A DNA stretch of 45,045 bases, taken from an uncultured bacterium (GTDB lineage: Bacteria > Bacillota_I > Bacilli_A > RF39 > UBA660). The translations under genes were made by a program, and so were the position numbers. A model generated the notes under the pieces. It was not told the DNA's origin and did not search any database. It saw only the letters and a program-made list of their open reading frames with translations. The stretch spans positions 1 through 45,045 of the forward strand of contig CASEJU010000013.1 of NCBI GenBank assembly GCA_949288335.1, written 5' to 3'. Of the stretch, positions 1-8,939 are shown piece after piece (positions within the stretch are counted from its first letter, which is position 1; the number at the start of each line of letters is the position of its first letter).

Positions 1-51
1 ATATGACAAATAAATCGCCTTGGAAGTATTATATATGATTTTAAAACTTAT

Positions 52-80
52 TGCACATTATTTGTGCACTTCTTTTTTTT
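52..80 (+). terminator. Rho-independent terminator of the gene lying upstream of the window
   Basis: Stem tgcaca (52-57) / tgtgca (63-68) with a 5-nt loop, followed by a T-rich run at 70-80. Confidence 0.5.
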
Positions 81-122
81 AAATACGGTTTTTTAAAGTC
101 AAACGTTAGTTTTACTTTTTTA

Positions 123-151
123 TTGACATTTTTGCGCTTTTGTGCTAGTAT
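123..151 (+). promoter_or_regulatory. SigA-type promoter for ORF 184..2073
   Basis: TTGACA (123-128), 17-nt spacer, TAGTAT (146-151) preceded by TGc. The SD gggggag (171-177) lies upstream of ATG 184. Confidence 0.6.
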
Positions 152-183
152 ATATGGCATTCAAACAAAAGGGGGAGATTTGA

Positions 184-2073
184 ATGAATAAAAAAGATAA
201 AGATGTAAATCATAGTGAAGAATATAATCTTGAGAAAATAAGAAGTGAAGAATATAATCTTGAGAAAATAAGAAGTGCAGAATTAAAAAAATTAAATAAA
301 ATAATATATGAAATTGAAAACGTTGAAAAATCATACGCGGAACTTAAAAGACAAAAGTTAATTGAAATAGAAAATGACGAGACAATTGAAAACAAAGATA
401 AAGCAATTGATGATGAGTTTGAAAAAATTAATGATTGTATATATGCTGATAAAAAGGCATTTACAAAGGCATTAAAAAACGAAATAAGATATCGAGTAAA
501 GCGTTTGAAATATTTAGTACCAAAACAGAAGTATGAGTATTATAAATTAATCTCAACTAATCCATTACGCGAACCTTATTTCGAAATGGAAAGTGAAATT
601 TATTTTGAATTTTTAAATCGTAATCCTTCTATTTTAAATATCATAGTTTCTTATTCTATGTTAGAAGATGAAAATACTATAAGAAAAGATAATAATGATG
701 AAATTAATGATAAAATAAACGAATTATTACAAAAAGCTGAAAAAGATTCAGATGAAAACGCACTAAATGAGGCTTATTTATTGATTAAGACTTTACCAGA
801 TGGTAAAGATAAAGATGATTTTATTAAAAGAGCTGAAGATATCCAAGAAAGAATAAAAGGATATGATAATAAAGAGGTTAAGACTGCAACCGAATTGGTT
901 GAGGAAGCAGAAAGTATGGGATATACTTATCCAGTAAAAAAAGGTGCTGATAAAAAAATACAAGAAGCTAATGTTTTAGTTCAAAAACTTGATAAGAGTT
1001 CTGTAAGAACTGAATTGTTAGAAAGATTAATTAAGCTTGTTAAAAGTATGACGAAAACCTTTATGGATGAGTTTAGAAAGGTAGAATATAAATTTGCTAA
1101 TCAAAAAGATGTTTCTTACGAGGAAATTGTTAACTTAAGAAATTTATTTAATGAGTTACATAAAGATGAAATATCTGATTTAGGATTTAAAATGGCTGGA
1201 GCAGATGGATATGGTAATAGATTATCAGAGTTAATTAAGACATATAACATGCAAGCCCAAGATAATTTAAGAAAGAATAAAGATTCTAAAGAAAAACAAA
1301 AGATGGGATTTTTAGGTAAATTATCAAGCATTAAAGATAGCATAGTATCAAAAATAGCTGCTAAAAGATTAAACATAATAGAAAGAAAATTAAATAAAGC
1401 TAAAGAACAAGAAGATGAACAAAAGATTAGTAAGTATCAAGAAAATTATGATAAATATGCATCTTATCAATCATTGATTGATAATGTTAGTAGTGTTGCA
1501 CTACTAAAAAATCAAGATACGTTTGATGAATTAAAAGATGAAGTTTATGCAAATGGTATTGGTTCTTTAGAAGAAAAACAGGCTGATAAATTTGACGAAG
1601 CCATCGAGAAAATTGGTAGCATTAAACTAAGAGGATTAACTAAGCTTACTAAAAATGATTTTGATATTACTAATAAAGATAAAGTACGTTCAATTATTAA
1701 ACAATATATAGAATTACTTTCTATTGCACATGATAACCAAACATACAAAGAGCATTGGTATAATAAGGGTCAAAACATTGAAATGATTGAAAAGGTAAAA
1801 GCTGACGCTGAAAGCTTTATTAGTGATGCGTATGAAGCTGGTAGTCTTAGTGATGCTGAGTATAACGCTTATATGGAAGCGATTGAATTTATTTACAAGT
1901 ATCGTTTAGTGTCAAAATATGATATATACAAGGTTAAACACGATGAAAATGATGAACTTGTTAACGTAAATGATGCTATTGATTATTATAAAAATCCAGT
2001 AACTTATTCTGATATGGATAATGGTGAAAAAATTAGGATACCTATTCCACATATAATTAAAAAGAATAAGTAA
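184..2073 (+). CDS. Hypothetical K/E/D/N-rich helical (coiled-coil-like) protein, 629 aa, with no signal peptide or TM segment
   Basis: Long ORF with its own promoter, strong SD and terminator. The N-terminus has an exact SEEYNLEKIR x2 repeat. I recognise no catalytic motif. Confidence 0.6.
   Translation: MNKKDKDVNHSEEYNLEKIRSEEYNLEKIRSAELKKLNKIIYEIENVEKSYAELKRQKLIEIENDETIENKDKAIDDEFEKINDCIYADKKAFTKALKNEIRYRVKRLKYLVPKQKYEYYKLISTNPLREPYFEMESEIYFEFLNRNPSILNIIVSYSMLEDENTIRKDNNDEINDKINELLQKAEKDSDENALNEAYLLIKTLPDGKDKDDFIKRAEDIQERIKGYDNKEVKTATELVEEAESMGYTYPVKKGADKKIQEANVLVQKLDKSSVRTELLERLIKLVKSMTKTFMDEFRKVEYKFANQKDVSYEEIVNLRNLFNELHKDEISDLGFKMAGADGYGNRLSELIKTYNMQAQDNLRKNKDSKEKQKMGFLGKLSSIKDSIVSKIAAKRLNIIERKLNKAKEQEDEQKISKYQENYDKYASYQSLIDNVSSVALLKNQDTFDELKDEVYANGIGSLEEKQADKFDEAIEKIGSIKLRGLTKLTKNDFDITNKDKVRSIIKQYIELLSIAHDNQTYKEHWYNKGQNIEMIEKVKADAESFISDAYEAGSLSDAEYNAYMEAIEFIYKYRLVSKYDIYKVKHDENDELVNVNDAIDYYKNPVTYSDMDNGEKIRIPIPHIIKKNK
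214..273 (+). repeat. Perfect 30-bp tandem duplication inside the CDS
   Basis: agtgaagaatataatcttgagaaaataaga occurs at 214-243 and again at 244-273. A partial third copy (agtgcag) follows. Confidence 0.95.
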
Positions 2074-2078
2074 GAAAG

Positions 2079-2104
2079 ATAAGTAGAAATACTTATTTTT
2101 TTTT
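2079..2104 (+). terminator. Rho-independent terminator
   Basis: Stem ataagta (2079-2085) / tacttat (2090-2096) with loop gaaa, then a T-run. Confidence 0.7.
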
Positions 2105-2127
2105 GTTACAATAATTATGGTGATTTT

Positions 2128-2979
2128 ATGAACGGAGTAATAATAGTGGATAAACCAATGGGTGTAACAAGTAGGGACGTTGTAAATGAAGTTAGTAAAT
2201 CATTAAACATAAAAAAGGTTGGTCATACTGGAACACTTGATCCTTTAGCTACTGGAGTATTAGTATTATGCGTTGGAAAAGCAACTAAGTTAGTAGATGT
2301 TATAACGGGTATGGATAAAGAGTATATTGCATCAGTTAAACTGGGTATTTCAACAGATACTTTAGATATAGAAGGAAAAGTATTAGAAAAAAGAAAATGT
2401 TATGTTAATAAAGAAGAGCTAATAAAAGTGTTAAAATCATTTATAGGAAAATATAACCAAGAAGTACCAATATATAGCGCTATTAAAATAAATGGCAAAA
2501 AATTATATGAATACGCAAGAAAAGACGAAAAGGTAAGCCTTCCTAAAAGAGAAGTTGAGATAAAAAAAATAGAGTTGTTAGATTTTACTAATGATTCATA
2601 TAGTTTTAAAGTTACGGTATCAAAAGGAACGTACATAAGAAGCTTAATAAAAGATATCAATAATAAATTGGGCATTATAGGAGTAATGGATGGTTTAAAA
2701 AGAACAAGGCAAGGAAACTTTAAGATGGATGATGCATACACTTTAGAAGATGTTTTAAATAATAAACATAAATTAATTTCTATAAAAGATGTTTTAAAAG
2801 ACAAAAATTGTGTTACAATAGATGATAATTTATTTGAGGTTATTAAACACGGTGGCATAATTGATAATACTTATAAAGAAAAGTATGTTACGTTTATTTA
2901 TAAAGATGATGTTGTTGCCATATATATGGTTTATGATAAAGATATTAATAAAATGAAACCATATAAGATGTTTATATAA
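2128..2979 (+). CDS. truB: tRNA pseudouridine(55) synthase TruB
   Basis: Has the GHTGTLDPLATGVL catalytic-Asp motif, the typical N-terminus (GVIIVDKPxGxTS) and a length of 283 aa. Extended -10 TGtTACAAT lies at 2104-2112 and SD GGTGAT at 2119-2124. Confidence 0.95.
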   Translation: MNGVIIVDKPMGVTSRDVVNEVSKSLNIKKVGHTGTLDPLATGVLVLCVGKATKLVDVITGMDKEYIASVKLGISTDTLDIEGKVLEKRKCYVNKEELIKVLKSFIGKYNQEVPIYSAIKINGKKLYEYARKDEKVSLPKREVEIKKIELLDFTNDSYSFKVTVSKGTYIRSLIKDINNKLGIIGVMDGLKRTRQGNFKMDDAYTLEDVLNNKHKLISIKDVLKDKNCVTIDDNLFEVIKHGGIIDNTYKEKYVTFIYKDDVVAIYMVYDKDINKMKPYKMFI

Positions 2980-2995
2980 AAGGAGGAGTTTAAAA

Positions 2996-4000
2996 ATGGT
3001 CTATTATGAAAAAGAAAGACTGGTTAAAGAATTAGAAAATGAAGTTAATATAAAAGCAAAAGTTAAATCGTTAGAAAAAGACTTATCACAACTAGACATT
3101 CTTAAACTAGCAAGTTATTTAAAAGATTCCGAGAAGAAACAATTTATATTTGATTATTATGTTTTTGAAAATCCATACATAAATTATGAAAATTTAGCGA
3201 TGTATTTAAGGTGTGATGAAGATAGAATGTGTTTAATAAATAGTTTATTAAAATATAATGCTTTTATGAGTGCGTATGATGTTGCTAAGGTTATGAGTAA
3301 TCCTAAAGCGTTAGATGAAAAAGTTTTAAGAATGATGCTTTGTTCATGCAAGAATATTAGCGTTGATGATGTTGTTAAAGATTTTGATTTGCTATTTATA
3401 GATGAACTAATTAATATGAAGGATTATTATAATTTGTTGAAATATAAAAATAAGTTGTCTTATGAAATGGTTAATAAAATATGTTTAAAATCTTTTTCTT
3501 CTTTGGATGATTATAAAAAGATTACTAGTATTTTAAATGCTCAAGAAAGAAAAAAATACGTTAAATTGTTTTTAGACTCAATGTGTGATAATGCGTCGGT
3601 TGCTAACCAAATATTAAAAAATAAAGACTATGAAAAAGAAGATCATGAAAGATTAATTCTAATTATTTGTCATTTTGGGAAAGCGGATGTTATATATGAT
3701 GTTTTAATGCGTGAGGATTTATCTGATATGCAAACAAAAATGTTTGAAAAAGCACTTTTAAATACTAATAATATAGAATATATAGCATATTATTATTTTT
3801 ATAAAAATAAAGAAAAGTTTAACTTATTATTTGGAAGTTCATTATTGTTTTTATCGTATGTTTTGTTAAATGAAGATAAATTTACTAATAAAACCATTTT
3901 AGAAGATGTAAAAAACAAAATAAGATTAGAAGAAAACGAAAATTTGACTTTAAAGGTAAGAGAAAATATAACGTATACTAAAAAGAAAAGAGGTTGTTAA
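2996..4000 (+). CDS. Hypothetical helical protein, 334 aa, occupying the position where ribF/ribC normally follows truB
   Basis: The SD aggagg lies 8 nt upstream of ATG 2996. No motif recognised. Confidence 0.6.
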   Translation: MVYYEKERLVKELENEVNIKAKVKSLEKDLSQLDILKLASYLKDSEKKQFIFDYYVFENPYINYENLAMYLRCDEDRMCLINSLLKYNAFMSAYDVAKVMSNPKALDEKVLRMMLCSCKNISVDDVVKDFDLLFIDELINMKDYYNLLKYKNKLSYEMVNKICLKSFSSLDDYKKITSILNAQERKKYVKLFLDSMCDNASVANQILKNKDYEKEDHERLILIICHFGKADVIYDVLMREDLSDMQTKMFEKALLNTNNIEYIAYYYFYKNKEKFNLLFGSSLLFLSYVLLNEDKFTNKTILEDVKNKIRLEENENLTLKVRENITYTKKKRGC

Positions 4001-4001
4001 A

Positions 4002-4193
4002 ATGTCATGTGAAAAAGTTATCATTGGAAAGTTTAATAATAATTCTATAGAGTCATTTATTAATGATTCATATAATGATTTAATTAAAAAAGAAGTTTTA
4101 ATATTAAAAGAAACAGCAAATGGAAACGAAGTAATAGAATTTGTAGATGATTCGAATTTTAAAGCAAATAGTTTACATAAAAATACAAAATAA
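4002..4193 (+). CDS. Hypothetical small protein, 63 aa, translationally coupled to the upstream ORF
   Basis: ATG 4002 starts 1 nt after the upstream stop, with gaggt about 7 nt upstream. No homology recognised. Confidence 0.35.
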   Translation: MSCEKVIIGKFNNNSIESFINDSYNDLIKKEVLILKETANGNEVIEFVDDSNFKANSLHKNTK

Positions 4194-4195
4194 CC

Positions 4196-4224
4196 TTGCA
4201 AATTCTCGTGTTTTGGTGTATATT
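4196..4224 (+). promoter_or_regulatory. SigA-type promoter of rpsO
   Basis: TTGCAA (4196-4201), 17-nt spacer, TATATT (4219-4224). Confidence 0.6.
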
Positions 4225-4230
4225 ATTGGT

Positions 4231-4300
4231 GTTGCCTATTCTTGGTTATTGGATTAACTCCTAGCCGTAGCTCAGAATAAGGTGTATTAATAAAAAAGGA
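4231..4300 (+). promoter_or_regulatory. Possible structured rpsO 5' leader (candidate S15 autoregulatory element)
   Basis: An about 80-nt leader that is locally more GC-rich than its surroundings. cctattct (about 4235-4242) can pair with agaataagg (about 4275-4283), enclosing further short helices. Confidence 0.3.
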
Positions 4301-4310
4301 GGATATAAAA

Positions 4311-4577
4311 ATGTTAAAAAAAGAAGTTAAACAAGAAATTATAAAAAAGTATGCAACTCACGAAGGAGATACTGGTTCTCCAGAAGTTCAAATTGCGGTA
4401 CTAACTGAGGAAATTAATGCTTTAACCAATCATTTAAAGGAAAACATTCATGATTTCCATTCAAAAAGAGGTTTATTAATGAAGGTTGGTAAAAGACGTA
4501 ATTTACTTTCTTATTTAAAGAAAACTGATATTAATAGATATCGTAAGTTAATTAAAGAATTAGGATTAAGAAAATAA
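4311..4577 (+). CDS. rpsO: 30S ribosomal protein S15
   Basis: 88 aa with a typical S15 sequence ([40 protein letters not shown]). Strong SD aaggagg. Confidence 0.97.
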   Translation: MLKKEVKQEIIKKYATHEGDTGSPEVQIAVLTEEINALTNHLKENIHDFHSKRGLLMKVGKRRNLLSYLKKTDINRYRKLIKELGLRK

Positions 4578-4592
4578 TTTATTTGTTAAAGT

Positions 4593-4620
4593 AGGCACTC
4601 TTTTTTGGGTGTCTTTTTAT
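4593..4620 (+). terminator. Stem-loop plus U-run between rpsO and pnp (terminator/attenuator)
   Basis: aggcactc (4593-4600) pairs with gggtgtct (4607-4614), including G-U pairs, followed by TTTTT. It overlaps the spurious N-terminal extension in the ORF track. Confidence 0.55.
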
Positions 4621-4637
4621 ATAAAAGGAGATGTATT

Positions 4638-6833
4638 ATGGAAAAAAGAATATTTGAAACAGAATTTAAAGGAAGAACGTTAATCGTTGAAGTAGGAGAA
4701 CTTGCAAAGCAAGCTAGTGGGGCTGTTTTAGTAAGATACGGAGATACCGTTGTTTTATCTACTGTGTGTGTAAGTAAAACGGCAAACGTGTTGTCTGATT
4801 TCTTTCCACTTATGGTGCTTTATCAAGAAAAACTTTATTCAGTAGGTAAAATTCCTGGAGGTTTTATAAAAAGAGAAGGAAGACCTAGTGAAGCAGCAAC
4901 GCTTGCAGCTAGAATGATAGATAGACCAATGAGACCACTTTTCCCAGAAGACTTTAGAAATGAAGTTCAAGTTGTTAACACGGTTTTATCCGTTGATCCG
5001 GATAATTCGCCAGAACTTACCGCAATGCTTGGTTCAAGTATTGCAACGTCAATTAGTAAGGTGCCTTTTGAAGGCCCAATAGCAGGCGTTAAAGTAGGTA
5101 GGGTAGACGGAAAATTTATCATTAATCCAACCGTTTTACAAGCAGAGGAAAGTGATATTGATTTAACTGTTGCAGGAACTAAGGATGCTATTAACATGGT
5201 AGAAGCTGGTGCTAAAGAAGCAAGCGAAGACGATATGTTAGAAGCATTAATGTTTGGTCATGACGCAGTAAAAGAACTTATTAAATTTGAAGAAAAGATA
5301 ATAAAAGAAGTTGGTCAAGAAAAAATGGAGTATGAAACTCTAGAGATAACTGACGAGTTGAAAGATGAAATATACTCTCTTGCAAAAGAGCCACTTGATA
5401 AGGCAATGCGCATTAAAGATAAACAAGAAAAGTATGATGCAATTGATAAAGTAAAAGAAGACGTGGTAGCGAAATTTGAGTATGAAAATGATGATTTAGA
5501 TAAAGATGAACTAAACGAACTTATAACCAAAGTTAAACTTTGTTTAGAAAAAGTAGAATACGAAGTATTTAGAAAGATTGTTGTAAAAGAGAAAAAACGT
5601 GCAGACGGAAGAAAAATGACCGAGATAAGGCCACTTTCAACGGACATCGACTTACTTCCAAGAACTCATGGTTCAGCTTTATTTACTCGTGGTGAAACAC
5701 AAAGTTTATCAGTTGTTACCCTTGGCGCTTTAGGAGAACATCAAATAATTGATGGTTTATCTCCTGAAGATCAAAAAAGGTTTATGCTTCATTATAATTT
5801 TCCGCAATTTTCAGTTGGTGAAACAGGAAGATATGGAGCTCCAGGTCGTCGTGAAATAGGACATGGTGCTTTAGGAGAAAGAGCGCTTTTACAAGTTATT
5901 CCATCAGAAGAAGAATTTCCTTATACAATTCGTGTTGTATCAGAAATACTTGAGTCTAACGGATCATCATCTCAAGCATCTATTTGTGCTGGATGCATGG
6001 CATTAATGGCAGCGGGTGTTCCTATTAAGGCTCCGGTTGCAGGTATCGCGATGGGCCTTATTACCGATGGTGATGATTACACGATACTAACGGATATTCA
6101 AGGTATGGAAGACCATTTAGGTGACATGGACTTTAAGGTAGCAGGTACTAAAGATGGTATTTGTGCTTTACAAATGGATATAAAAATAAAAGGTATTACT
6201 AAAGAAATATTAAAAGAGGCTTTAGCACAAGCTAAAAAAGCAAGAATGGAAATTCTAAAAGTTATTACAAAACAAATCAAAGAGCCAAGAGGTGAAGTTA
6301 GTAAATACGCACCTAAGACGATGACGTTTATGATTGATCCGTTAAAGATTAAAGATGTTATTGGTAAGGGTGGAGAAATGATTACCAAGATAATTCTTGA
6401 AGCATCTGGCGTTGAAACCGTAAATGATATGAACGCCGTTAAAGTGGATTTAGAAGATGATGGTAGGGTAATTATTTATCATACTGATAAAGAAATAATA
6501 GATCGTACCGCAGAAATGATTAAAAACGTGGTAAAAGAAGTTGAAATAGGTAAAATATATACAGGAAAGGTAGTTAAAGTAATAGATGAGCTAGGATGCT
6601 TTGTAGAGCTTTGGGAGGGTTGTGAAGGATTAGTTCATATTTCTCAATTATCTGATAAGAGGGTAGCCAAAGCGTCTGATGTAGTATCAGAAGGTGATGA
6701 CATAATAGTTAAAGCAACGGGATATAAAAATGGTAAACTAACACTTTCTAGAAAAGAAGTCTTGGTAAAAGATAAGATAAAAGATGGTAAAAAAGATAAA
6801 AAAATTACTAAGAAAGAGGAAAATGAAGACTAG
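4638..6833 (+). CDS. pnp: Polyribonucleotide nucleotidyltransferase (PNPase)
   Basis: Shows two RNase PH domains plus KH and S1 domains across the full length. The true start is ATG 4638 ([10 protein letters not shown]), preceded by SD aaaggaga. The ORF-track TTG at 4605 lies inside the terminator hairpin. Confidence 0.97.
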   Translation: MEKRIFETEFKGRTLIVEVGELAKQASGAVLVRYGDTVVLSTVCVSKTANVLSDFFPLMVLYQEKLYSVGKIPGGFIKREGRPSEAATLAARMIDRPMRPLFPEDFRNEVQVVNTVLSVDPDNSPELTAMLGSSIATSISKVPFEGPIAGVKVGRVDGKFIINPTVLQAEESDIDLTVAGTKDAINMVEAGAKEASEDDMLEALMFGHDAVKELIKFEEKIIKEVGQEKMEYETLEITDELKDEIYSLAKEPLDKAMRIKDKQEKYDAIDKVKEDVVAKFEYENDDLDKDELNELITKVKLCLEKVEYEVFRKIVVKEKKRADGRKMTEIRPLSTDIDLLPRTHGSALFTRGETQSLSVVTLGALGEHQIIDGLSPEDQKRFMLHYNFPQFSVGETGRYGAPGRREIGHGALGERALLQVIPSEEEFPYTIRVVSEILESNGSSSQASICAGCMALMAAGVPIKAPVAGIAMGLITDGDDYTILTDIQGMEDHLGDMDFKVAGTKDGICALQMDIKIKGITKEILKEALAQAKKARMEILKVITKQIKEPRGEVSKYAPKTMTFMIDPLKIKDVIGKGGEMITKIILEASGVETVNDMNAVKVDLEDDGRVIIYHTDKEIIDRTAEMIKNVVKEVEIGKIYTGKVVKVIDELGCFVELWEGCEGLVHISQLSDKRVAKASDVVSEGDDIIVKATGYKNGKLTLSRKEVLVKDKIKDGKKDKKITKKEENED

Positions 6834-6879
6834 TAGTTTTCTTCTTTTTTGATATAATATTTTTGTTAGGAGAAAAAAG

Positions 6880-8217
6880 ATGAGCATAAAAGAAAAAGCA
6901 AAATTATTTGCGATAAAAGCCCATGGTAGCCAGAATAGAAAAAGTGAACCGGATAAGTTAGTTGTTATGCACTCTATTAGTGTAGGAAATTTATTGGAGT
7001 TTTTTGGATGTGATGATAATGTTGTTGCGGCAGGTTATTTGCACGATGTAGTAGAGGATACTAAATATACAATTGATGATATAAAAAAAGAGTTTGGAAG
7101 TGATGTTGCAAACCTTGTTATGGGAGCATCAGAAAAAGATAAGTCTTTGTCATGGGAAGAAAGAAAAATACACACGATAAATGAATCAAAAACTTTGCCT
7201 TTAAGAAATAAATTAATTATTTGTGCAGATAAGATTAATAATCTAGAGGATTTATATTTAAAATTTGAAAAAGAAGGTAAAATGGATTTTTCTTGTTTTA
7301 AAAGAGGAGAAGAAAAACAAAGATGGTATTATACTAGTATTTATGAAAGTTTAATACATGATGAAAATAAAGAATTACCTATGTTTGTAAGACTTAAAAA
7401 CATAATTGATAAATTGTTTTATCAAAAAAAGGACAACCATAATTTAGGAAACACTATATTTATAGATGATAAAGATTATTATTTAGAATTAAAAAAATTA
7501 CATGCTATGAAAACCGAAGTAAAAAGACTTAAAGAATTATGTAAGTTATCTAAACCATTTGTAGTAGAGTTTAGTGGTACACCCAGAACAGGTAAAACAA
7601 CCATGATAAACAATTTATATGATTTTTTTAAAAAAGCTGGTTTTAATATAAAATTAATTGAGGAGTTTACTACCTCAAAATATTATAAAGAGGTATTAAA
7701 AAAGAAAATATCAAACGAGTCTATAGAAAAACGTAATATAATAATTTTAAATGAGGTTACTAAACAATTGGAAGAAGCACTTAATCATAGTTATGATATA
7801 ATTTTGATTGATAGGTCAATAAATGATAGGTTGATTTGGAATAACATAAAATACAATGATGGTGATATGTCAAAAGATACATATTATGATCTTATGAATA
7901 AATATAAGACTATTTCAAGCGAATTAATAGATGTTTTAATTATTACTTATGCTGATTCATTAACCTCTTTAAAAAGAGATTATTTATCTAGTTTATCTTT
8001 AGAAAAAAGAAGCTTTTTGAACATAGATAATATTGATAAGTATAATAAAGCATTGAAAAAATTAAATGATTTATTTTCTAAAAGCATTGATTCTTATCTT
8101 TTAATAGATACCTCAAACGTTAATTTAAGAGATGTTTCATTAAAAGCAGCGTTTAAAATACTACCTTCAATGAGAAAAAAATACATAAATGAATTTAAAA
8201 AAGATAATAACATTTAA
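6880..8217 (+). CDS. Fusion protein: N-terminal RelA/SpoT-type HD (alarmone-hydrolase-like) domain plus C-terminal P-loop dNK/NMP-kinase-like domain
   Basis: The N-terminal half has His (VVMHSISV) and the LHDVVEDT signature (7042-7062) of RSH hydrolase domains. The C-terminal half has Walker A GTPRTGKTT (7576-7602) and a LIDRSINDRLIW motif resembling the ERS motif of deoxynucleoside kinases. Confidence 0.8.
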   Translation: MSIKEKAKLFAIKAHGSQNRKSEPDKLVVMHSISVGNLLEFFGCDDNVVAAGYLHDVVEDTKYTIDDIKKEFGSDVANLVMGASEKDKSLSWEERKIHTINESKTLPLRNKLIICADKINNLEDLYLKFEKEGKMDFSCFKRGEEKQRWYYTSIYESLIHDENKELPMFVRLKNIIDKLFYQKKDNHNLGNTIFIDDKDYYLELKKLHAMKTEVKRLKELCKLSKPFVVEFSGTPRTGKTTMINNLYDFFKKAGFNIKLIEEFTTSKYYKEVLKKKISNESIEKRNIIILNEVTKQLEEALNHSYDIILIDRSINDRLIWNNIKYNDGDMSKDTYYDLMNKYKTISSELIDVLIITYADSLTSLKRDYLSSLSLEKRSFLNIDNIDKYNKALKKLNDLFSKSIDSYLLIDTSNVNLRDVSLKAAFKILPSMRKKYINEFKKDNNI

Positions 8218-8240
8218 AAGGCATTTTTGCCTTTTTATTT
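8216..8240 (+). terminator. Rho-independent terminator
   Basis: Stem aaaggca (8217-8223) / tgccttt (8228-8234) with a 4-nt loop and a T-run. Confidence 0.7.
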
Positions 8241-8294
8241 TGACACATTTTAAACAAAGACTTATAATAATATATAAATATTGGAGGTGTTTAC

Positions 8295-8939
8295 ATGCTT
8301 AAGATATTAATCGTTGAAGATGAAAAAAACATTAGAACAATAATAAAAAAATACTTAAGTAAGTTTGATATTACTTGTATTGAAGCTGATAATGGTAAAA
8401 AAGGACTGGAATTATTTTTAGATAATAAAAATAGTATTGATTTAATTTTAATGGACGTTATGATGCCTGTTATGGATGGTGTTACGGCAACAAAAGAAAT
8501 AAGGAAGGTAAGTGATGTTCCTATTATAATGCTTACCGCTAAAAGCGAGGATGAAGATGAAATAGAAGGATTAGAAGTAGGTGCTAATGATTATGTTACA
8601 AAACCATTTAATTTAGATGTTTTACTTCTTAGGATTAAAAAAATTATTAACATAGAAAACACTAACGAACTAGAGCTTTCTAAAGAACAAAGATCAGTAA
8701 TAAAAAACGGAAAGTTAATTCCGTTGACAAAAAAAGAGTATTTAATATTAGAATATTTTTTTGAAAATCCAAACATAATTTTAACTCGTGACCAAATTTT
8801 AAATCGGGTATGGGGAATAGACTACTTTGGTGATGATAGGGTTGTTGATACAAACATAAAAAGAATAAGAAAAAAAATTGATGAAGAAAAAAGATACATA
8901 AAAACTTCATCTGGAACGGGATATATATTTGTTAAATAA
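8295..8939 (+). CDS. OmpR/PhoB-family two-component response regulator
   Basis: Receiver domain (ILIVEDE ... LILMDVMMP ... LTAK) plus a winged-helix Trans_reg_C domain (LTKKEYLILEYF ... RVVDTNIKRIRKKI). Confidence 0.92.
   Translation: MLKILIVEDEKNIRTIIKKYLSKFDITCIEADNGKKGLELFLDNKNSIDLILMDVMMPVMDGVTATKEIRKVSDVPIIMLTAKSEDEDEIEGLEVGANDYVTKPFNLDVLLLRIKKIINIENTNELELSKEQRSVIKNGKLIPLTKKEYLILEYFFENPNIILTRDQILNRVWGIDYFGDDRVVDTNIKRIRKKIDEEKRYIKTSSGTGYIFVK

Noticed and set aside
4267-4275. tRNA-like gtagctcag (D-arm-like) string upstream of rpsO
   Set aside because: No acceptor stem, anticodon arm or T-arm (GTTCRANYC) can be built around it. It is better explained as part of the rpsO leader.
4605-4637. 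N-terminal extensions in the ORF track (pnp 4605; also 12162, 13176, 14784, 16471, 19676, 22932, 27486, 28621, 31502, 32178, 34664)
   Set aside because: The extensions begin inside SD sequences, promoters or terminator hairpins. Internal ATG or GTG codons with correctly spaced SDs give N-termini that match known homologs.
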